Of a stretch of 47,136 nt of DNA, positions 26,525 through 32,676 are shown in pieces. Source of the DNA: Patescibacteria group bacterium (GTDB taxonomy: Bacteria > Patescibacteriota > Minisyncoccia > UBA6257 > 2-01-FULL-56-20); contig JANWZH010000001.1 in NCBI GenBank assembly GCA_025054755.1, positions 1 through 47,136 on the forward strand, given 5' to 3'. The notes under the pieces were generated by a model. That model was not told the DNA's origin. It saw nothing but the letters and a program-made list of their open reading frames with translations, and searched no databases. Every line of letters begins with the position of its first letter. Within the stretch, counting starts at the first letter, position 1. The position numbers were made by a program, and so were the translations under genes.

Positions 26525-27379
26525 TTAAATTTCTAAAATTTTGCTCACTTCTTGATTCAAATAAAAAATATTATAAAGTTTATCTAAAATAGGAGTTTTA
26601 ATATGTTTTGATTTTAAAATTTTTTTAATTCCTCTAATAGATTTTAATCCTTCTGAAGTTTGATTAATTTGCTGATTTTTGCCTTTTAAAAATCCAACTT
26701 TATAATTAGCTGAATTTTTACTAAAACCAGTTGCAACAAAATCGCCTAAACCGCATATTTCAAAAACTGTTTTTGACCTACCTCCCAAAACTTTAACTAT
26801 TTTAAACATTTCGTTTATGGCTTGCGTGACATAATACCCCTTAAAATTTAAACCCAAATTTAAACCGTCAAGTAATCCCAAGCCTAAAGCATAAATATTT
26901 TTTAAAACTCCGCTTAAAGCCACGCCAACTACATCATTGCTAGTTTTAATTTTAATTTTAGTATTTAAAAAAATATTTTTTAATTTTAAAACTTTTTTAT
27001 TTTTAGAAGCTAAAATTCCAAAACCAAATTGATTTTGATTCAATTCTTCGGCAATCATTGGCCCATAAAGTAAGCCAAAATTTTTAAAATCAGCTAAAAT
27101 TTCATCTATTCTTTGATTAGTTTTTAAATCAATTCCTTTAGAAACACAAATTAAAAATTTATTTTCTAAATTAAATTTTTTAATCTTTTTCCAAACCTCA
27201 AAAACAGCTCCTGCTGGCGTGCAAATTAAAATAGTTTCTGATTTTAAAACTAAATCTTTTAAATCTTGATTTTTAAAAATACCATATTTATCCCAATAAT
27301 TTATTTTATTTTCTTTTGATAAAATTTTGCCCAAAGCTTTTCCAATTTCTCCAGCTCCAATAATTAAAATTTGGCTCAT
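26525..27379 (-). CDS. gpsA: NAD(P)H-dependent glycerol-3-phosphate dehydrogenase-like protein
   Basis: Rossmann N-terminus ILIIGAGEIGKALG, GVLKNIYALGLG, and CGLGDFVATGFSKNSANYKVG (like GLGDL.LTC.S..SRN). At 284 aa it is shorter than typical GpsA. Confidence 0.75.
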   Translation of the reverse strand: MSQILIIGAGEIGKALGKILSKENKINYWDKYGIFKNQDLKDLVLKSETILICTPAGAVFEVWKKIKKFNLENKFLICVSKGIDLKTNQRIDEILADFKNFGLLYGPMIAEELNQNQFGFGILASKNKKVLKLKNIFLNTKIKIKTSNDVVGVALSGVLKNIYALGLGLLDGLNLGLNFKGYYVTQAINEMFKIVKVLGGRSKTVFEICGLGDFVATGFSKNSANYKVGFLKGKNQQINQTSEGLKSIRGIKKILKSKHIKTPILDKLYNIFYLNQEVSKILEI

Positions 27380-27380
27380 A

Positions 27381-27607
27381 TCATCATTTTAAAACTTTAT
27401 AATGTAAAAGCAAAGTTCCAGAATTATTTATTTTTCTTGCCTCTATTAAGTTTAAATTTAAATTCATTTTTTGATTTAAAAATTTTAAGCCCTTACCAAA
27501 TAAAATCGGCTCAATAGTTAAAAAATTCAAAAACAACATTTCAAAATTTGTTTATCAATGCCATTTTCTAAAATATATTTTAATGCGTTTAAATATTGTT
27601 CTTCCAT
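27381..27607 (-). pseudogene. deletion scar: ThyA-like N-terminus joined to the C-terminus of a RibD_C/DHFR-family protein
   Basis: ATG at 27605-27607, 4 nt after the dut stop, encodes MEEQYLNALKYILENGIDKQILKCCF*. Compare the E. coli ThyA start [23 protein letters not shown]. An overlapping frame encodes (M)LFLNFLTIEPILFGKGLKFLNQKMNLNLNLIEARKINNSGTLLLHYKVLK**, which has the signature of a RibD C-terminal domain tail. Confidence 0.7.
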
Positions 27608-27611
27608 TTTT

Positions 27612-28037
27612 TTAATTTAAACCAGAACTGCCAAAACCTTTTTCTCCTCGATGCGTTTCATCTAATTCATTAACTTCTTCTAATTCGTAATTAATAATTG
27701 GCATAATAACTAATTGCGCAATTTTAACTCCTTTTTCAACTTTATAATCAGTTTTACCTAAATTAAACATAACAACCCTAACTTCTCCTCTATAACCAGA
27801 ATCAATAACTCCAGCCATTGTTTTAATTTTACTGTTTAAGGCAAGACCGGATTTATCCCAAATAAAACCAGCATAACCTTCTGGAATTGCAATTTTAATT
27901 CCAGTGCGAACTGCTTTATTTTCCATAGATTGAATAATAACTTCTTCTGCTGAATATAAATCAATTCCAGCATCCCCCTGATAAGCCAAAGATGGCAATT
28001 TTGCATCTGCATCTATTTTTTGAATATAAATTTTCAT
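27612..28037 (-). CDS. dut: dUTP diphosphatase (trimeric dUTPase)
   Basis: DAGIDLYS, GVIDSGYRGEV, RGEKGFGSSG motifs. Confidence 0.93.
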   Translation of the reverse strand: MKIYIQKIDADAKLPSLAYQGDAGIDLYSAEEVIIQSMENKAVRTGIKIAIPEGYAGFIWDKSGLALNSKIKTMAGVIDSGYRGEVRVVMFNLGKTDYKVEKGVKIAQLVIMPIINYELEEVNELDETHRGEKGFGSSGLN

Positions 28038-28038
28038 T

Positions 28039-28616
28039 TTAATCTTGTATAATTTTGCTAGCTAATGGCGACTTTTCTTGTTTTGTATATTTATGTTTTT
28101 CTTTTGAGCCATACGGAAACTCGGCTTTTGATTCTAAAAGTTCAAAAGTTAAACTACAAATTCTCATTCCTTCATAAAGAATAACTGGCATTGGACCTAA
28201 ATTTCCTAATTCTAAAACAGCTTGGCCATTCCAGCCAGGATCAAATCTAGTCTAGCAGCTGTTGAATGAACAATTATTCCTAATCTAGCCAAAGAACTCC
28301 TGCCTTCTAATCTAGCTAAAATATTAGCTGGTAAACTAAAATTTTCTTTAGTTATTGCTAAAGCAAAACTATTTGGTTTTAAAACAAAACTTTCGCCTTC
28401 TGCAATTAAAATTTTCTCCATTAAATCTTCAATATTTTTAATATTTTTTAAATCTAAAGGTTTTGATTCTAGGTTTGATTTAAAAATCTTTATAAAATTA
28501 CCAAGTTTTAAATCTAAAGAACAAGGCCCTAATTGGGCTTCAAAATCAGGAGCTGGACTAACTTGAATTATTCCATCTAAAATTAATTTTTTAATTCTAT
28601 GATCAGGCAAAATCAT
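28039..28616 (-). pseudogene. dcd: dCTP deaminase disrupted by a 5-bp tandem duplication
   Basis: The N-terminal part is MILPDHRIKKLILDG...GPCSLDLKLG...GRSSLARLGIIVHSTAAR. The rest, FDPGWNGQAVLELGNLGPMPVILYEGMRICSLTFELL...KIIQD*, continues in another frame down to 28039. The length is 578 nt, and 573 nt (191 codons) without the duplicated CTAGA. Confidence 0.85.
28246..28255. repeat. TCTAG-TCTAG tandem duplication that causes the dcd frameshift
   Basis: Read directly from the sequence. Removing one copy restores HSTAARFDPGWNG, which resembles E. coli Dcd HVTAHRIDPGWSG. Confidence 0.85.
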
Positions 28617-28676
28617 AAAAATAATTATATTAAATTGTAAAAAAATAACAAATAATAATTTTAAAATATTTCCAAA

Positions 28677-28706
28677 CCAAAAACCCGCCATCGGGCGGGT
28701 TTTTGG
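28677..28706. terminator. bidirectional intrinsic terminator
   Basis: ACCCGCC-AUCG-GGCGGGU stem-loop flanked by A-runs upstream and T-runs downstream. It lies 34 nt past the stop of the 633-aa surface protein gene. Confidence 0.75.
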
Positions 28707-28739
28707 TTAAAAGTTAATCTGAAAAAATTTCAGAAAAAC

Positions 28740-30641
28740 TTAGTTGCTGTAATTGGTTACAAAATCCTTACTAATAAAGCTTGTTGTAACTGGAGCGGTA
28801 AATGTTCCATTGTTTCCAGAAGCCCAAGTTACAGAATTAACTCTAACTCTGGCTTGTTTAACACCTGAAACTGCTCCTACAGCACTTAATTCAAAATTAT
28901 AAGTATCTCCAGCATTTAGGACATAATATCCTCCTGTTTGAGATACTGTATTTCCTGCAGAATCTTTAACAGCATCAATTGTATAAGATACAGGCAAATT
29001 TGTTCCTCCTGTTATTTCCCATTGCATATTAAATGGAGTAGAGCTGGAAATTCTAACTTGACCACCAGCATGAACATTTGTTGGCAATGCTACGCTAAGC
29101 TTACCATTAAATGTAAATGAGCTGGTTGAATTTGATTGATCTCTGGTTGCTGTAACAGAGCCAGTAAATCCTAAGTTAGGAGCAACAACATAAAGATAAA
29201 CTGGCAAACTTGAAACTGTTGTTGGTGTGGCAGAAATTGTTCCGCCCAATGAGTTTTCAGTAACAACGCTAGCCAAAGTAACTGTTAAGTTTCCTCCACC
29301 ATATACAACATTATCAACTTGAGAAACTCCAATAACTGCATCAACAGATTGATCTCTGTTAATTACAACATTATCTGGGAAAATATTTGAGACAGTAACA
29401 GTTGCACCACTTACATTAACTGTTCCAACTCTTCTTCCTCCAACTTCAAGATAAAAATTAGTTGGAGAAACAGTTGCTGCATTAAATGTAAATACAACTT
29501 GTCTTAATCTCAAATTATCATTTTGAGCAGTCATTCTAAATTTCAAAAGTGGAGTGTTTTGAGTTAATCTCATAACAGCAGCTGTTCCAGTTCCTGAAAC
29601 TAATTCATTAGCTGTTACATTTTTTTCTTGTGGAGTATCTGATGCTCTTGTAACAGAAATAGCAGCTGAACCAGCTAATGTTGCTTGTGGTTGGAATCCA
29701 TTATTAAATGATGCTGATGGTTCAAAAAGATTAACATTATTTCCAGTTACTGCTCTTACTGATTGAGCTGGAACTGTTAAAGTATATGTTCCTGTAACTC
29801 CAGATGGATAAGTTGAAACAGCTGTAAATCTTAATGTAACAACTTTAGATTGATCCTTTGGAACAGAAACATTAATACCAGTGATTAATAAATAGTAATC
29901 ACCATTTGTTTCTCTATAAAATGGTTTTCCTTCTTGTGATGTTACATCAGATGACCACAATGTATTTCCGCTTTCATCAACTAAAGCAACTCTTGAAATT
30001 ACTCTATGAGGAGCTTGTCCTGTTGTTGGCCAGTTAACTCTTAATCTTTGAACAGTAACATCTCCTTGAGTTGCTCTTAATCTAATACCCAAAACATCTC
30101 TTGTTTCACCTTCTCTTAATGTTTCGCCATCAGCTGGTGTTGAGTTTTTCTCAACAATTAAAGTACCTTCTGTTGATGGAGTAGAAGGTGTTGTTGGTGT
30201 TGTTGGTGTAGTTGGTGTTGTTGGTGTAGTTGGTGTTGTTGGTGTTGTTGGTGTTGATGGAACAGAAGCAACTAATGAACTATATTTTGATCTGGACATT
30301 GGTCCAAAATAACCAGTTCCAGGCAATCCATTTTCAGCTTGCCATTTTGAAACAGCAGCTTTGGTTAATGGACCAAAATATCCTGATTGTGGGGTTACTT
30401 TAAGATACCCTTGTAAACATTTAACATCATCGCCTCTCATTCCCACTGTGAGGTCGCGGGTAAATGTACAAGCTGATGATGGTGATGTTTGTTGACCTTG
30501 TAATTGATTTTGCATTGCTTGAATTTGTGCAAGCAAAGCTGCAATTTGAGCTTGAAGTTGATCAACTGTTGGTGTTTGAGCTGAAGCAACTCCAGAAACT
30601 AACATTGCAGCTAATACGAATAATGAAAATTTTTTACTCAT
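28740..30641 (-). CDS. secreted peptidoglycan-binding surface protein (S-layer-like candidate)
   Basis: Signal peptide MSKKFSLFVLAAMLVSGVASAQ. A Q/A-rich heptad-like segment. A PG_binding_1-like motif (GMRGDDVKCLQGYL...YFGPLTKAAVSKWQAENGLPGTGYFGP). A (TTP)n linker. Then about 470 aa of T/V/S/N/G-rich beta-type sequence. Confidence 0.8.
   Translation of the reverse strand: MSKKFSLFVLAAMLVSGVASAQTPTVDQLQAQIAALLAQIQAMQNQLQGQQTSPSSACTFTRDLTVGMRGDDVKCLQGYLKVTPQSGYFGPLTKAAVSKWQAENGLPGTGYFGPMSRSKYSSLVASVPSTPTTPTTPTTPTTPTTPTTPTTPSTPSTEGTLIVEKNSTPADGETLREGETRDVLGIRLRATQGDVTVQRLRVNWPTTGQAPHRVISRVALVDESGNTLWSSDVTSQEGKPFYRETNGDYYLLITGINVSVPKDQSKVVTLRFTAVSTYPSGVTGTYTLTVPAQSVRAVTGNNVNLFEPSASFNNGFQPQATLAGSAAISVTRASDTPQEKNVTANELVSGTGTAAVMRLTQNTPLLKFRMTAQNDNLRLRQVVFTFNAATVSPTNFYLEVGGRRVGTVNVSGATVTVSNIFPDNVVINRDQSVDAVIGVSQVDNVVYGGGNLTVTLASVVTENSLGGTISATPTTVSSLPVYLYVVAPNLGFTGSVTATRDQSNSTSSFTFNGKLSVALPTNVHAGGQVRISSSTPFNMQWEITGGTNLPVSYTIDAVKDSAGNTVSQTGGYYVLNAGDTYNFELSAVGAVSGVKQARVRVNSVTWASGNNGTFTAPVTTSFISKDFVTNYSN
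30187..30258. repeat. eight tandem 9-bp units (GGTGTTGTT / GGTGTAGTT) encoding the (TTP)n linker
   Basis: Units counted directly: 30187, 30196, 30205, 30214, 30223, 30232, 30241, 30250. Confidence 0.9.
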
Positions 30642-30712
30642 TTTATTTTTATTATTATAAATTTAACGACCTAAATTTTATTTTTAATTTTCGACCTTTT
30701 ATTTTTCCGAAG

Positions 30713-30822
30713 TCCGCTACTCTTCATAGCGGAGCAGTATCAAAATTAAAAAATCTCGCTTTCAGAGCGAGACTAATTTAAAATTTTATTTTATTAATTT
30801 TAAATTCAGCCTCACTCTGAAT
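30713..30822 (-). promoter_or_regulatory. structured 5' leader of the surface-protein gene (three hairpins)
   Basis: Minus-strand hairpins: AUUCAG-7nt-CUGAAU (30804-30822); UCUCGCU-CUGAA-AGCGAGA followed by a U-run (30741-30773); UCCGCUA-7nt-UAGCGGA (30713-30733). Confidence 0.45.
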
Positions 30823-30829
30823 TTATTAT

Positions 30830-30858
30830 ATTTTATTATTTTTTAAAAAACTTTTCAA
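30830..30858 (-). promoter_or_regulatory. candidate promoter of the surface-protein gene
   Basis: Minus strand: TTGAAA (30853-30858), N17, TAAAAT (30830-30835), about 190 nt upstream of the ATG at 30641. Confidence 0.4.
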
Positions 30859-30981
30859 TACTTTTTTGTTAATTTAATCTATTTGTACTAAAGAAAACGT
30901 TAAATATTTTAAAAGGTTACGAATAAAATATGGCTTAAAATGGTTTTATAAATCAATGTTTTTTATACTTCTTTACTTCTT

Positions 30982-31935
30982 TTACACTTCTTCAAAAACC
31001 TGAATATTTTGCGGGTTTTTTACCTTATATAAAACATTAGGCCCAGAACTACCTCTTTTTTCAATAATTCCTTTATTAATTAAATCGCTTAAATAATATC
31101 TAATTGTTCTTTCGCTTAACTCTGGGAATATTTCTTCTAAATCTCTAAGTTTAAATTCTTGAAAATATCTAATTTTATCAAAAAAAACAGATTTTCTAAC
31201 GCTCATTTCATTGTTTGTATTATTTTCTTTTGTTTTTTTAAAATCAGATTCTTTTTCATTATTAATAATTTCTGAAATATGTAAAAATCCTGTTTTTGAT
31301 TTATTATCTGCTTGGTTCGGCAATGATTCTTGTTTTTCTTCATTATTATTTATTGCCGAGTCCATATTTGTTGCCGAATTATTATTTTCTATTGCCGAAT
31401 CTTTTATTGCCGAACCCAATTCTACTGCCGAATTATTAATTGAAGAATTTAATATTAAATCATTATCAATTGCCGAATTATCAATTGATAAATTATTTTC
31501 TATTGCCGAATTATCTTTTATATTAATTTTTGATTTTTTAATTAACTTATCTTTTTTATTATCAATGTTTAATTTTGTTTTAAAAATACTATTAATATCT
31601 ATCATATTTTCATTTTCAATATTTTTAAGATATTCAGCAATAAAATTATTTAAATTATTTAATTCGGCAATAATTGCATCTGCTAAATCATTTCTAAAAA
31701 GATTTAAAGACCTTGCTAAATGAATAAAATATTCAATAGAAAAAATAGTTTGTTTTATTGCCTCAATATCTTTTATAGTTGCCAAATTCAAAATTTTTAA
31801 TCCTTGCTCATCAAAAATCTTTTTAAAAGAGTCATTTTTAATTGCTTGACTAACTCGGCAAAGAGCATAAGAAATTTCAAAAGCTTTTTTAGCAATTAAA
31901 TCATATGAATTATTTGCCAAATTATTTATTAACAT
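30982..31935 (-). CDS. helical N-domain / (D/N)SAI-repeat / C-terminal winged-helix DNA-binding protein
   Basis: The C-terminus LRDLEEIFPELSERTIRYYLSDLINKGIIEKRGSSGPNVLYKV looks like a wHTH. The central region has about 7 SAI-type repeats. No family name recognised. Confidence 0.65.
   Translation of the reverse strand: MLINNLANNSYDLIAKKAFEISYALCRVSQAIKNDSFKKIFDEQGLKILNLATIKDIEAIKQTIFSIEYFIHLARSLNLFRNDLADAIIAELNNLNNFIAEYLKNIENENMIDINSIFKTKLNIDNKKDKLIKKSKINIKDNSAIENNLSIDNSAIDNDLILNSSINNSAVELGSAIKDSAIENNNSATNMDSAINNNEEKQESLPNQADNKSKTGFLHISEIINNEKESDFKKTKENNTNNEMSVRKSVFFDKIRYFQEFKLRDLEEIFPELSERTIRYYLSDLINKGIIEKRGSSGPNVLYKVKNPQNIQVFEEV
31353..31511. repeat. seven direct copies of TTGCCGAAT-like 9-mers inside the wHTH gene
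   Basis: Copies start at 31353, 31371, 31392, 31407, 31425, 31470 and 31503. The spacings are 18, 21, 15, 18, 45 and 33 nt. An inverted copy AATTCGGCAA lies near 31664. Confidence 0.8.
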
Positions 31936-32074
31936 AAAAACTATTATAACAATATAATATCAATTTTGTCAATAATATAATGCAATAAATAAATTATTTA
32001 AAGTTATCCACAAAAAAAACTTAAAATCGATTTAAAATATTTTATAATAAAATTAATTAAGACAATTATAAAAT

Positions 32075-32674
32075 ATGGAAGAAGATTTTGAAGAAAATCA
32101 AAAAAACTTATCAAATTCATTTCAGGAAATAGAAAAAAATATTGATGAAAAACAAAATTCTAAAAAAAGATTTTTAAAATTTGCTTTTGCTCTTTTTCTA
32201 ATTATTGCTATTTTTAGCGGAACAGTTTTTGTTTATGAAAATTATTTAAATCCTAAAGCTAAACTTGCCAAAGAACAACAAAAAAATTATGAAAAATATC
32301 TTCAAATGCAGGCTAATTATGAAAAAGCAATGAAAGAAGATACTTATGGCGGCAAAACCCCAGAAGAAACTTTAAAATTATTTATTGATGCTTTAAAAAA
32401 AGAAGATTTTGATTTAGCTAGTAAATATTTTGTTTTAAATTATAGCGGTATAGTTGATCCAAAGTATAAAGAAGCTTTAATAAAAGCTAAAAACGAAGGA
32501 AAAATTGAAAAAATCATAGATTTACTTTCAAGAGCAAAACCAGATCCAAAAGCAAAAATCAGCGAAGATAATTTTGTTTTTGCCACAAGAGATGGTAAAG
32601 GAAATGTATTAATAGATATTGGATTAACTCTAAATAAATATTCAAATATTTGGAAAATAGAAAGCATATATTAA
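32075..32674 (+). CDS. hypothetical membrane-anchored protein
   Basis: One TM segment (FLKFAFALFLIIAIFSGTVFVY) then a roughly 130-aa extracytoplasmic domain. The stop is 2 nt before the start of the giant gene. Confidence 0.6.
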   Translation: MEEDFEENQKNLSNSFQEIEKNIDEKQNSKKRFLKFAFALFLIIAIFSGTVFVYENYLNPKAKLAKEQQKNYEKYLQMQANYEKAMKEDTYGGKTPEETLKLFIDALKKEDFDLASKYFVLNYSGIVDPKYKEALIKAKNEGKIEKIIDLLSRAKPDPKAKISEDNFVFATRDGKGNVLIDIGLTLNKYSNIWKIESIY

Positions 32675-32676
32675 TA

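Noticed and set aside
28617-28691. N-terminal 25 aa of track ORF 28212-28691 (MAGFWFGNILKLLFVIFLQFNIIIF)
   Set aside because: dCTP deaminase homology starts at MILPDHRIKK (ATG 28614-28616). The upstream extension overlaps the bidirectional terminator and is an ORF-calling artefact. The same applies to the starts at 24935 (real start 25031) and the TTG at 32650 (real start ATG 32677).
28740-30641. Higher-GC island as evidence of horizontal transfer
   Set aside because: Codon third positions remain mostly A/T (for example act gga gcg gta aat gtt cca). The shift is explained by the T/V/S/G/A-rich, Lys-poor amino-acid composition. No flanking mobile-element genes, tRNA-borne integration site or direct repeats were seen.
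31353-31511. TTGCCGAAT repeat series as a CRISPR array or minisatellite outside coding sequence
   Set aside because: The repeats are only 9 nt long. Their spacings (15-45 nt) are all multiples of 3, and the whole series is in frame inside a 317-codon ORF. No cas genes are present.
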